Under the pieces are notes generated by a model that saw only the letters and a list, made by a program, of their open reading frames with translations, did no database searches and was not told the origin of the DNA. Position numbers and translations under genes: made by a program. 64,000 bases of DNA from Owenia fusiformis (lineage: Eukaryota): contig CAIIXF020000001.1 of NCBI GenBank assembly GCA_903813345.2, positions 40,982,001 to 41,046,000 on the forward strand, written 5' to 3'. Position 1 is the first letter of the stretch; every line of letters begins with the position of its first letter. Shown one piece after another: positions 51,401-63,939 of this stretch.

Positions 51401-54400
51401 ACATGTTGTGGTGATATAAAAAGTTGGATACTATAAAAACATGTCTACTTGTGGTGATGACATAAAAAGCTAAACCTAGTGACATCATTTTCATCTGTTT
51501 ATATTGATACTTACTTATATATAATGAATATATAATATTATATAATGCAATATTGAACAAATATTTCACTCTATTGAGGTGAATACCTGTACATCTTTCA
51601 CAAGTGATATTCCACGAAGCCCGAAGGGCAAGTGGAATATCACCTTGTGAAAGTGCTACAGGTATTCACCGAAAATAGAGTGAAATATTTGTTTTATTAT
51701 ATCACTGTCTAGCTAAACATCCCTAATATTATTAAGTCATTAAGTCTTCAGATATTTTTACGAATCTACTCGGTTCGTCTGCCATTTTGACTTAAACTGA
51801 ACTAGATTATTTACACTGAACGAAAACAAATTCTTTGAAAATTCCCGGGAGCGTGGGATATCGCTAGATATCTCACGGTTGTCTTATCTGATTAGCATTG
51901 CCATTGAATATCGCCAGATATCCCACGACATGTGACCCGGTTTTGACCAATCATACTGTCGCTAGCTAGATAGTGATATAATAATATTATATATGCAAAT
52001 AATATCCTCCTTAGAAATATTCTGTAGAGTTTATGGTGATCATCTGTCAATGAAGCTATATCAATACTGTATTTATAATTTGAATCTACAAGCTATATAA
52101 TTTGAAAATGAAAGAGGAAGCATTCAAATACTTAGAATGAGGAAAAACCTACAACATGTACTATCTAATCTAGAATATATATGTACATCTGTTATGAATC
52201 AATAATCTACAGCAGATCCAATAATCATTTAAAAATGAAAGTAGAAACAAGTGTTCTTGGAATAAGGAAAACACAAAAAGATTCTATCTAGAAGTTGCAG
52301 GCATATACATGGAACTAACAAGGAAGTAACTTATTTTTACCATAAGTCACTCAAAATCAGCTGAAGAAAGATACATGTAACTACTGTAGTTCCCTATGAT
52401 TCCTCTTTAAATAGCATAAATCAGAGGATATGCTTCTAAAATGGAAACTTGAAACTTGATAGCTCTTTAGAAATATAAGAAAAAAATAAGAACTTCATTT
52501 CTAAGGGCACACACTCTTTCTAAACAATGCAGGTTGTATCTTATTTTAATCAAATTATTACTAAAAGGAGCTCTTTTAAATAATCAAAACTGATCCAGCT
52601 ACAGTTATATTTAAAATACATCAGTCAGTCCTAATTCTAATATAAGACTGCTTTTTCTGATCTCCCATAATCAGATGAGGAGAGAGTCAACTGTCACAAA
52701 GTGTGAGTGTTATCAGAACAAAGTTGAACTTTAATGTAACAATCTCTAAGCCTAAGATTAGAAATACCTCATTTTAACAAATATTGTCAAGACGTGATAT
52801 TTTTCAAAATAATCACAGGAATAGTCTATATATTAATACAAAAACAATGAATCCTGACTTCTCTTTTCTTGACGTCCACTAAGGCAGAATCAAATCAAGG
52901 AAGCAACCTTAATTTCCAATGAATTGTTTTGGTTGAACAATATCTTTTGGATCATATCATTCCATGTCAGTTCCTAGCTCTCTTCAACAAATCCTAAAAT
53001 GTCATACCTCCTTTGAGGAAACCATTTGTGATATCTATGATCTTTAGGGAGATTATCTTAATTCAAAATGGCAAAGAAATCATAATTTGTCACCTCCTAT
53101 ATCTTTGATCTTAATTGCCTTTATTTGTGTTTATATATATATTGCTGTAATCCATCTACTACAAAGGAGACTTGTCAATTCTCTTATCAACTGGTCAATG
53201 TGAGGACAGTAGTCTCCAAATATAGACTCACTTCACACCAAAAATAGGTTATATTTGCAGGAATATTAGAATATATCATATAATATTACGAAAAGCATCT
53301 TATTTTCCCAAAAAATTTCATGGGAAAAGATTCTCAGGACAAAGCAAAGAAAAACACTTACAATTATTGTCTGAACCATAACATCTTGTCATTTTATCTG
53401 AATTATCCAATATTGCATTTGCATTCATGTCTGATGCATTTGATCCTGTCATCAAACCTTGACCATCTGATCCTGTCATTGTGTCAGAAGCATTTGATTC
53501 TGTTGCCAAAGCTTGACCATTTGGTTCATTTGTTGTATGAAAAGAATTTGAACCTGTCATCAAATCTTGACCATCTGATCCTGTCGTTGTGTCAGACGCA
53601 TTTGATTCTGTTGCCAAAGCCCTACCATTTGGTTCATTTGTTGTATTAAAAGAATTTGATCCTGTCATCAAATCTTGACCATCTGATCCTATCACTGTGT
53701 CAGAAGCATTTGATTCTGTCACCAAAGCTTGACCCCTTGATTCATTTGTTATGTCAAAGGCATCTGAAGGTGTCAACAAATCTTTACGAGTTTGGCTTGT
53801 TAAACACATCAAGTCTGAACTTTTTAATGATTTTGTTCCTGTTGTTGTTTTTAGAGCATTTACTCTTGTCATCAAGTTTGAACTATTTAATTCTGTCATT
53901 ATGTTTAAACCATTTAATCCTGACATTGTATCTGGAACATTTGATTCTGTTGTCATGGTTGGTGTATACAATCCTGGCATACAGGCTGAATTAGTTAAGA
54001 CAATACCACTACTATGATTTAACTGCAATGTACACCCCAGCCTTGTATCAACTAGTATTTAATTAGTTATAATGTAGTTGACAAATCAGGCAGTGTTACA
54101 CAACATGGCAGATAATGCCAGACTTAACACTGCCATGATTTGATAAAGTGCAATGGAAAGTTCAAATGATTAAAGTTGAATTATATGACAGACTTTAAAG
54201 GTGGCCTGTCTTCTTTTAATCATTTTATTTTTGAAGGAAATTAAATCAAATGTTCATGTTACAGAGACTGGTTTCTAACTAACACTCTATGTTTCTTTAT
54301 ATGTTTAAGTCAATGGGAAAACCTGGTAATATCTTTAAATTTGTGCAATATTTATTATTTATCTATATTTGAATTATTTATTAAATTATACTCAAATACT

Positions 54401-57400
54401 TATAATTTGCTCTTTTAGTCTTAGAATCCTGAAAGTCCATTCAGTGAAAACTAACAAAAATCTGAACTCGCTAATTGTTTAGTTTAACTTGAACATTTTT
54501 TTTTAGATTTTCAGACATGGGACTCATCTCATGAGGGTTATGACAATATAGAAATCTAACATATTCTGTGAAAATATGAGATAAGTGATGAAATTATGAT
54601 AAAAACATGAATTTTTACTCAACATTATATTGTTCCCTTGTAGTAATGAGATAGCTAGCATAGTATGTTTGTTTGATTATATGGATAAAGTATCATTTTT
54701 GTGAGACTACATGACACAAATTAGCAGCCAAGTTGGAGAAGTTGTTAATTATTATGAAGATCAATTTAAATAAGACAATCTAAGGTATTAAAATTATCCA
54801 GTATATACCTTATTAACTTAATAAGTCATTGTTTCAGGCTATTATACAAACATTGTATTTTAATGTAATAAAGCTTGAAGCTTACGTAAAGTACAAAGAC
54901 ATGTAAAACCCTGTATAAGTGACATGTGACGATGATAAGAGTCAGTATAAGATATATATAAATAAACATCTGAAGCCAAGTTGAGACACTATACAGTAAA
55001 ACCTGTCTGATGGAATACCTCTCTGTAGGGAAAACCTATGAACAAGGAATGCTTTTCAAAAGAACCAAATATTTTTCTATTGACTTACATGTTAACACTT
55101 TTTGGGGCAAATTATGAAAATTCACCTGTGAATAAGGAATATGGAATATTGGTGACACTGTATATTCTATTATTTTTCAGAGGTGTGAAAGTCTTAAGCC
55201 AATATCTGATTCTAAAAAGCTTGGATTAATATGAATGAGATTAAGATCCCAATTAAGATAAGCCAATTGTTTACAGGATGTAGCATCCCACCCACTGTTA
55301 ATTAACCTGATATATCTAAAACAAATACTAATCTGTTTGTTACTTATTATCATGACACTAATTCTTCCTTTCAACAAACCTTATTATTTCTCATCAGTTG
55401 TGATAATCTACACAATTGTTTTATGGATTTGACAGAAGCCCATGTGTCATGTTGAGCCAAACCTTTTTCAATCTTTTACTGATCCAAAATTCTAAATTAT
55501 CAATGATATAAAATGGGGTTGATGAAACTTGAAATTCAGTTCTTAGCAACATATCTCTACACATCACATCAACTAGACATCATCAGAAGCCAGCATCAGC
55601 AGCTAAAATCAACATAGGGAGGGCGCCCCTTATCCTCAGCCAATGAAGGCAGGTTGGAGACCTTCATACATCTTTCAAGATGTTACAACAAGGTCTAGCA
55701 ACCAAGATGGAGTCGGTATTGGTACAATCAATCAATGCCCAAATATATACAAATATGCTTATTCGGCAAGTCTGAGTTTACTGAAAGTGCTCAGGAAGCA
55801 CTACTACTCTACTACCTACTCTCTATAGGGAAAACCTCTGAACAAGGAAACTTTCCTCCAGTCCGAAGAGCATTCCCTGTTCGCAGGTTATACTGTACTT
55901 CCTCCTATGTTTTACCAGACAAGTTGTGTACTTAAGGTAATACCAAAGTGCTAACAAAATTTTTTCTAAAATCTTCTCACTTTATACAAGGCAGTTTTCT
56001 ACTAAAAAGTGCTACAAGTCACAAAATGATGTAAATCGCAAACATAGTGTTAAACCTAGGCAAATGTGACAGAATAATGGTCATAAAAAGCAATGCAATG
56101 TTTCAACTTCTACAAGCGTTTGTTATCTAAAATAGATATTCTGATGGTGTTCTTAAAGTACATCCTACTGAAGGACTTCAAGTGCAGTGTACTTTATGGG
56201 GTGAAATAACCATTGTTTTCTTCAATCTTAAGTTTTCAATTTCAGTATTAATATATCCACTTACTGATCAAAAACTATCTATTTTTTGAAAAGTGGGTCT
56301 CTTCAATAGAAAACCTGGGCTTATGCTGCGGACTAGTAATTTAATAGTACAATTTAAGGTACATGAGTTCATCACTTCCAAATAAATGCAATATCACAAT
56401 CCCATCCAATAAGTCTTAAATTCTTTTTCATCAGATGATCCACAGCTGATTTTAAATTAAGATTAATATGAATGTAATCTGATATACTATTGTGGCTTCC
56501 TTTCACTTTGGGCTCAATTTCCTATAATTTGTAGGCAATTTTGGCAATGATTCAAGGAACAAAATAAAGTTTAGAATGTGACAAATCAGCTGATTTTTCT
56601 CATTGGAATACTTTCTTACAATTATGTTACCTCTTACTTGTGGTATGGCATTGGTCTAGTAGTTACACAAATCCTTAATGTGAGGTTGTTTTGGATTGTT
56701 TGCCTCCCAGGGGTTTGCCTCAAAGATTTGTCTTCTTCCTGATGCTTAAGACATTTTGAAACCCCCTGGTCTTATATCTGGATATTTGGTATGGCATTGG
56801 TCCTATATTTGGACATTTGGTATGGTATTGGTCTTATCTTATATGTAGACATTTGGTATAGCTTTCTCTTGAAAGCCCATGTTACAACATTAGGTACGCT
56901 TTCTATAAAAAATTGGATCATTTGCCTCCCAGGGGTTTGCCTCAAAGATTTGTCTTCTTCCTGGTGCTTAAGACATTTTGAAACCCCCTGGTCTTATATC
57001 TTGATATTTGGTATGGCATTGGTCCTATATTTGGACATTTGGTATGGTATTGGTCTTATCTTATATGTAGACATTTGGTATAGCTTTCTCTTGAAAGCCC
57101 ATGTTACAACATTAGGTACGCTTTCTATAAAAAATTGGATCATTTGCCTCCCAGGGGTTTGCCTCAAAGATTTGTCTTCTTCCTGGTGCTTAAGACATTT
57201 TGAAACCCCCTGGTCTTATATCTTGATATTTGGTATGGCATTGGTCCTATATTTGGACATTTGGTATGGTATTGGTCTTATCTTATATGTAGACATTTGG
57301 TATAGCTTTCTCTTGAAAGCCCATGTTACAACATTAGGTACGCTTTCTATAAAAAATGGTTCACTTCAGATGATTTCTCAATTTAAAATAAAACATTCTC

Positions 57401-57917
57401 CGAAAATATTGGAAAAAGTGTGTGTATTATTGAACTACCAATCCAAACAAGACACAAGTCTACAGATTGATCTTTATCACCAAGTGCTCCACTCATGCAG
57501 TCCATTTATATTCACCGATTTCACCATTTTATCAATTTATGTTAAATTATATATCTGATTTAAAATGGCCTTATTAGCCTTTTGCAGATTATTGACATAG
57601 ATATAGAAAAATAGCCTACAGTTTGGAACAAATAAATGACAGGTGGATTTTCTATCACCATATCCAAACCATGGTGTTTTGTAGTCATATAAATCCGACC
57701 GTTGTATGCTGTTCTGCGATATTCCTTGTTCTTATTTGGATATTTATTTTTTATCATTTTCTTAGCATATACCGTCGTAGATGTAATTGCTAACAAATTG
57801 CGGTAAACGCTTTTCTGGCCTGTCTTGGTAACCATAGTTACCATACTAACCAGTCACACAAATTATCAAGTAATTATTTAGCCCCAACATCAAAGTGTTA
57901 AATCTTACCTTAGACAT
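39438..57917 (-). CDS. MCOLN: Mucolipin / TRPML cation channel. Exons 57917-57909, 54022-53362, 51228-51002, 50615-50424, 48672-48519, 47863-47749, 45948-45852, 45434-45216, 44763-44614, 44406-44305, 44045-43923, [42931-42725 or 42421-42200], 41744-41596, 39483-39438
   Basis: TRPML motifs: [126 protein letters not shown]. The C-terminus has a Cys cluster and an EHSHLI dileucine signal. All junctions are GT-AG and in phase. The conserved core starts at ATG 51217; the first two exons are less certain. It cannot be assigned to a vertebrate paralogue. Confidence 0.93.
40120..40566. mobile_element. Tc1/mariner-pogo type MITE (TA TSD)
   Basis: TA|CTGGAGTTTCTCGCAAATA ... TATTTGCGAGAAACTCCGG|TA, with internal repeats of CCCATGGG..TTTATTTGAAAGA. 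Confidence 0.75.
42200..42421 (-). CDS. MCOLN: Mucolipin pore/S6 exon, variant B (74 codons)
   Basis: [87 protein letters not shown], phase 0-0. Confidence 0.92.
42725..42931 (-). CDS. MCOLN: Mucolipin pore/S6 exon, variant A (69 codons)
   Basis: [84 protein letters not shown], phase 0-0, no stops. Not shown in this frame by the ORF track. Confidence 0.88.
43451..43564. repeat. Long hairpin (inverted repeat), probably transposon-derived
   Basis: ATTATGTCCCTATCATTGAATATATGCCT...GTCAATA pairs with TATTGAC...AGGCATATATTCAATGATACGGACATAAT. Confidence 0.8.
51556..51693. repeat. Long hairpin with GCCCGAAGGGC apex, part of a larger element to about 51985
   Basis: AACAAATATTTCACTCTATT...GTGATATTCCAC pairs with GTGGAATATCAC...AATAGAGTGAAATATTTGTT. 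Confidence 0.8.
53362..54022 (-). CDS. Candidate mucolipin N-terminal extension exon with 27-bp/108-bp coding repeats
   Basis: The acceptor CATTGCAG| is in phase 0 with upstream ATG TCT AAG|GTAAG, the exon has 220 open codons, and the donor T|GTAAGT is in phase 1 with the exon at 51228 (T+AT TTT GAC AAC ATG). Confidence 0.7.
54994..55895. mobile_element. Tigger-like MITE ends (possibly interrupted)
   Basis: TA|CAGTAAAACCTG ... CAGGTTATACTG|TA, with TAGGGAAAACCT.TGAACAAGGAA repeated near both ends. Confidence 0.5.
56692..57357. repeat. Tandem triplication of a 222-bp unit
   Basis: TGCCTCCCAGGGGTTTGCCTCAAAG starts at 56701, 56923 and 57145. The units are almost identical. Confidence 0.95.
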
Positions 57918-58223
57918 GTAAAACGCTTGATAATTGACGAAATATAATCAATTTAATTATATTTTCATTATCGCCGCCATGTTGCTGAATGTTGTTTCTG
58001 GTACTCTAAATGTAAAACATGTATCGAAACGGAATCATAATTAACAGAGATCGATTCCAAAGCCGTTCTCTCATACTTATTACTTTTCTCATTTTGAAAC
58101 TATAACTTCTCCAAATAACTTCCCTTCTTAACGACACTGCTTCCTTTTCAACTGAACCTTATGATTTTATTTGATATAGTCTTATGATTTTGTTTGATAT
58201 AGTTTTACATCTAGACTCAGATT

Positions 58224-58237
58224 AACCCGGAAGTGAC
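58224..58237 (+). promoter_or_regulatory. ETS-type motif in the mucolipin/ECM29 divergent promoter
   Basis: AACCCGGAAGTGAC, identical to 16011-16024. A YY1-like AACATGGCGGC lies on - near 57975, and CCGGAAGT at 59684 just before the ECM29 ATG. Confidence 0.5.
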
Positions 58238-58350
58238 CTTGGTATGGCAAAATTTTAAAATTCAAGCGGCATGCTTATATTTCTTCAATTACCAAGCGTT
58301 TTACGTGCTTAATGTAAGATTAAATACTCGGAGATACGCGGAGTTTGTAT

Positions 58351-59044
58351 GACCCTTGTATGCAAGAAAATTAGAAAAAATAAATATCCAAATCAGAAAA
58401 AATAACAACAAATAACATCATACGAGGACACAGATGTTGGCCAGATCGTTTTGTAGTAGGATCTCATAGGCTCAAAGAATAATACAGAAGATGCGTCACT
58501 CAATTGGAAAATTTAAAAAAAATATGACCACCTTTTAAAACGTTCCTCATAAAAAATGGTACCTGCTTCCCCTTGACTGATTTTGTACTTGATTTGTAGC
58601 TGAGATCTTCATCTTTCTATTTCTACTTGATTGGTTCAAGTAAATAACCTATGGACGCAGTGATTTGACTTTTAATACGGCAAATATTTTTCACTAGATC
58701 CGGACTCTTGTGTGTCCAAATATCATTGTACTGATGACGTCACATTTCTGGAACCACGGGAGCTCCATTCAGATTTGGACAGACAAGAGTCCGGCGATAA
58801 AATATCACTGTTTTGGCCTCTTATCAATGCAGTATTGCTTGAATAACGGTCATTGGTGATAAAAAGGTTAGAGAATAACAAGACGCTTCAAATCAGGTAT
58901 GATTTGTCTCATATTTTTCAGAAATGGCTACACAATCGTCATTTTAAAATTTGAAATTTTCTGAGGTGTCTCATCTTGAGGAATAATTATTGAGCTACTG
59001 ATTCTACTACAAAAGAATCTGGCCGGGAACTATGTACGAGGGTC
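58351..59044. mobile_element. Degenerate foldback element in the divergent promoter region
   Basis: GGCCAGATCGTTTTGTAGTAGGATC (58439) pairs with GATTCTACTACAAAAGAATCTGGCC (to 59024), and there are central 22-bp arms at 58700-58721 and 58773-58794. Confidence 0.55.
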
Positions 59045-59698
59045 AGATTTATATGACTTTTTCTTAGGTGTTTTGAAGCCCTATAGTCTCAAATATTGTC
59101 TAGACACATATCCCTTAAAATTTGTATATTTAAATTTTGTATACCCTCATCCACTGATGTATGACCTCTTGAGAATTCTCTTATTTTTAACATGGGAAAT
59201 CCTGAGCTCACTTCAGCAAAGCCATGTGTCATTATTTTTGTTCCAAACTGTACATGAATCATGATGAAAATCAGAAAAGATTCTTACCATCATCTTGCAT
59301 GTTAGAATGAGGAGCATAAGATCTATGCATTTGACTATTATGTCTATCATTTGATGACTTTGTATCCAGACTCTCATTAGTATGTCTTCTTGGCCTCATC
59401 GTTTCAGGATTTACAGCAGTAAAACTTAAAAACAAGAGTACGCATGCATCTTGAATATTTTTTGTTTTTATTTTTCCTGCTCTAGATCTAGCTCAGTATT
59501 TCACATCTTGTTTAGTATCTATATGATAGGAAATTTAACATTAATCTATGTAATATATCATAAAAATAAATGAAATGTTCTTTTGGTTTTGTAGTATCGA
59601 CTAAACAAAACTAATTTAGCGAGAAGATATTTACAAATGTGAAGTTAGGAAAAATTCGAAACAAGGTTTAACAGAAAATGAAACCGGAAGTTACAAAA

Positions 59699-62600
59699 AT
59701 GGAAAAAGAAAAAGACGAGTTGTGTAAGTAAAGTACCATTTATTCAGCTTCTTCACTACAAATATAAAATATATATTGATTTTGTTTCTAAGAGAGTATT
59801 TGGGTATGATAGAAGTAGCGTTTCAAATATATTTATCGAAGGGTTATTGTGCAATTATCAATAAACATTTTCTTTTTTTTTATTTAAAAATTTTGGCAAG
59901 TCACTCAAAAACTGAAACAATCAGAGGGTCGATATTAGATCCATAGGGAGCTATTTACACTGGAAAAAGCAAAGAGCAGTGTAAAGAACTTCTATTATGA
60001 GATCAAATTTTTTCTCAGAGTCCATAATGCACTGATTACACATTCAGATCAGTAATTCCCACATACTATCTATTGCAAGACTTACGCCTGCCACAACCGT
60101 CGCCATGTTAATCAGTGTTTTTAAGTAGCGCAAGGATCCTGCCATGACCGTGGTAGTGTTATCGTGTAAGCCTGGTATAACCGTGACAGGCTGGTATAAC
60201 CGTGACAATGCTGTATTATATTGCAAGGCCTGTCATGACCTATCGTGGAAACCTGGCATGACCGTAGCCTTTATTGTGGTTTATAAGTGAATGTGAATAT
60301 AAATGTGTAGTAGTAATTTTGATTTTGACATGATTAAGGTAGTTAAACACCATGATCGCATAGTATTAAACTGTTTAATTGTAATGACGATCACTTAAAA
60401 TTGTTAAGGATATTCCTGGCATTAATGTCATACATATTTACTAGTCATTGCAATACACTATAACGGTCATAGTAGGACTAAGCCTAAATTTCTACATTAC
60501 CACCCTCATACCTGGCCTTGCAATACTATATTAAATTGTCACGGTCATACCAGGCTTTGCGATCCCATAATACATTGTCACGGACATGGCAGGTTTTGAA
60601 ATACACATTGTCACGGTCACTTTTAGCAATCATAAATTTCTACATTACCACTCTCATACCCGAACATTGCCACGGCGGTCATACCAAGCCTTGCAATACT
60701 ATATTACATTGTCACGGCGATGCCAGGCCTTGCAGTACTATATTACATTGCCACGATCATGCCAGGCTTTGCAATACACATGGTCACGGTTATAGCAGTC
60801 CTAATTGTAAATTTCTACATTACCACTCTCAGACCTGAACTTGCAATACTATATTTACATTGTCACGGTCATGCCAGGCCTTGCAGTACTACAGTATATT
60901 ACATTGTCACGGTCATTCCAGGCCTTGCAGAACTATATAACACTGTCACGGTCATGCCAGGCCTTGCAGAACTATATAACACTGTCACGGTCATGCCAGG
61001 CCTTGCAGTACTATATTATATTACATTGTAACGGTCATGCCAAGCCTTGCAGAACTATATTACATTGTCACGGTCATGGCAGGCATTGCAATATAATACA
61101 GCATTGTCGCGGTTATACCAGGCTTTCACGATAACATTACTACGGTCATGGCAGGATCCTTGCGCTACTTAAAAACACTGAATAACATGGTGACGGTTAC
61201 ACCAGGCGTTAGTCTTGCAACAGATAGGGTCTCGTAATGAACTTGCAATACTATATTTACATTGTCACGGTCATGCCAGGCCTTGCAGTACTACAGTATA
61301 TTACATTGTCACGGTCATTCCAGGCCTTGCAGAACTATATAACACTGTCACGGTCATGCCAGGCCTTGCAGAACTATATAACACTGTCACGGTCATGCCA
61401 GGCCTTGCAGTACTATATTATATTACATTGTAACGGTCATGCCAAGCCTTGCAGAACTATATTACATTGTCACGGTCATGGCAGGCATTGCAATATAATA
61501 CAGCATTGTCGCGGTTATACCAGGCTTTCACGATAACATTACTACGGTCATGGCAGGATCCTTGCGCTACTTAAAAACACTGAATAACATGGTGACGGTT
61601 ACACCAGGCGTTAGTCTTGCAACAGATAGGGTCTCGTAATTCCGTAGGGACATTTCGTTTTCCACCTGATTTGACTCCTGATTACAAAAGCCACATGGTC
61701 GTTTTCCTCATGACTTGTCCAATTAAAATGGATTGGTAATACTTTGAAAGTTAAGTGTTTTACTTGAGAGATATTGATGTTAAAATTCAACTACGAAATT
61801 GCTGGCATACAAGGATCCCCCAAGCTACGTTAGTTTCAAAAAGTATCAGAACTGTCATACAGGCAATGTCTGCCTAGGAGGGAAAATTACTTATAAACTT
61901 ATGTGAAAATATAAGTAAATATGGTATTAAAAAATAGATAAATTTTTGAAACAAACCTTGCGGTTTGAAATTTTCATGCTGCCATCGTTTTATTGAAATT
62001 TGGAAAGTCATCCCAAGTGTCTGATCGATCCAGGTTTTGAAAAATGGATAAAAATTAAGCATGTTTGGTGACTGTTTTTAAGACACCTGGACACATTTTC
62101 CTCGAGGCAAGATAATCATTATTAAAGATAATTATATAGGGAATACAAAAGATATTCGAAAAAAAAAACATTTCCAATTTAAAAAAGATAATATTTTCCA
62201 ACATTAACCACCGGTCAAATCACGGGTCAAAATCAGGGATAAAACAAAACGTCCCAATTTAGTAAACTACATTGACTCTTAGAATTTTTTATCAAACTTT
62301 TGCCTCATTTTTGATAAAATTGTTTCTTCTCCAAATGTGAGGCCAACAAATAGTGCCATTTTCCACAATGAAATCAATGAATTAAGTGCACAAGGTTACA
62401 TAAATGCATATCATCAACACATTTGTATAGATGTTAAGCAGCCTAGAGAGATCATTGATTTGATATGCCACATGTTTAGCTCTTGCACTGTTTTTTTTTA
62501 TTATTACTTCCAGTCCTCTTGGAGAGAGTATTCCTCAGATTAGGATCATGTGAGACAGATGAACAGCTTCAGTCAAACCTTGCCAAGTTTCTTGTACCAT

Positions 62601-63939
62601 GTCTTTCAAAGATATCCAGTGAGTTTGAAAATGTGAGAAAAAAGGTATGGTGGATTTTGTTTTACTTCTCTAGAAAATGATGTCATTGAAACATACTGTT
62701 ACATAGTGCCAGTACGAGCCATATCCCATGAATAATGTAGTATGACCATTTTTCATTAAAGAAGTATAATTTCTTTTGAGTAATTCCTCTGTAATTGTCA
62801 TGTACTGTAAAGCCTGTGGAAATATAAAATACATGTATACTTGTATAGAGTATATTCTGAAAATTTAATTCACCAAAGACACATTTAACTGTAATTGCTA
62901 TTCTTTATATTCCTTGGACTACTTCATTGTAGGTGATGGAGTTACTGACTCATATTAACAAAAGGGTTAAGAGTCGTCCTAAGATTCAGCTACCTGTTGA
63001 TGATCTCCTGAAGCAGTATATGAGTCCAGATGCAACAGCGTTCATCACAGTTAGTGATATACATTTTATTTTATGTACTTGATTTTAAAACATGTCAATG
63101 ATCCTTAAATACATCAGAAGCTATCAACTCACCCATGATTGTATTGATTATATGTACCTGTACATTGTATATTTTTAACCTTTTCAAAATTAAATTCTGC
63201 TTTTTAAGAATAGCCTCATCTTCACACAGAATTAATCAGAATCTGAAATAAATGAAAACTAGATCCATATCCTCAAGATGATATATACATGTACATTTGT
63301 TTCAAAATGTGTACCTTCTTTGCAGAATTTTACAATACTCTATGTTAAGATGGGAGTTAGTCGGTTGCCACCCGAACAGCAAGGGGCTTTGGTGCCAACA
63401 CTCTTCAACTGCTTAGAGGGTAAACCTAAACCACAACAAGACTGGTAAGACATACATTGTTAATACTGTTATTGGTGACTGTCTCATTTATCAATACTTT
63501 CTTCATTTAATCATTTTTGTTTGGTGTTTCAGTAATGAAATCTCTAAAAAGTGTTACCATCAAATTTTCTTAAAAAAACTCTCAAATCTGAATTGTACTT
63601 ACTCATTAGACCAAAAACAATTGGAGTAAAACTGCATTTTGATCAGTCAAAAAAGTTACTATGCATGTCTAGCTATGTGAGAAAATGTCAATGGTGAATC
63701 ATGTGAAAATTTGATCACATCTTGAAATTCCAATGACATTTTTTCATATACATGTCACCAATTGAAGTACATGTATATGTATTTTCCAGTATTCTTCAAC
63801 TGATGATCACTGCAATTCAGTATATGAAAATACCTGAAGACCCGGCTAAAAGCAAAGTTCTTCTACCTTTACAAGACAAACCACAGTTGACAAAGAATTT
63901 GCTTGCGTACATGTTGGATGCTCTCCTTTTACCATACGG
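59699..63939 (+). CDS. ECPAS: Proteasome adapter and scaffold ECM29, 5' part. Exons 59699-59723, 62514-62644, 62933-63049, 63326-63444, 63790-63939; continues beyond the window
   Basis: [74 protein letters not shown].../[10 protein letters not shown]...LDALLLPYG matches the recalled ECM29 N-terminus. An in-frame ATG at 59678 is an alternative start. Confidence 0.93.
60060..61635. mobile_element. Second copy of the 14586-15285 foldback family, expanded by internal repeats; 8-bp TSD GTAATTCC
   Basis: GTAATTCC lies at 60052-60059 and 61636-61643. It has the same ends (CACATACTATCTATTGCAAGAC and GTCTTGCAACAGATAGGGTCTC) and internal repeats of about 40 bp, ATTGTCACGGTCATGCCAGGCCTTGCAG. Confidence 0.85.

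Noticed and set aside
53766..53795. RKDLLTP as an N-terminal dileucine sorting motif like that of vertebrate TRPML1
   Set aside because: It lacks the acidic residue four positions before LL, so the resemblance may be chance.
56791..57558. 255-aa ORF as a membrane protein gene
   Set aside because: It is explained by a 222-bp tandem repeat, the first unit has a stop in the same frame, and there is no recognisable domain or splice context.
60518..61536. His/Cys-rich repetitive ORFs
   Set aside because: They are translations of the internal tandem repeats of a TSD-flanked foldback element.
16356..63939. Functional endolysosomal gene cluster (CHMP5, UNC-93-like, mucolipin, ECM29)
   Set aside because: The genes are unrelated families on mixed strands with a mitoribosomal gene among them. 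Nothing in the sequence shows co-regulation, and synteny data would be needed.
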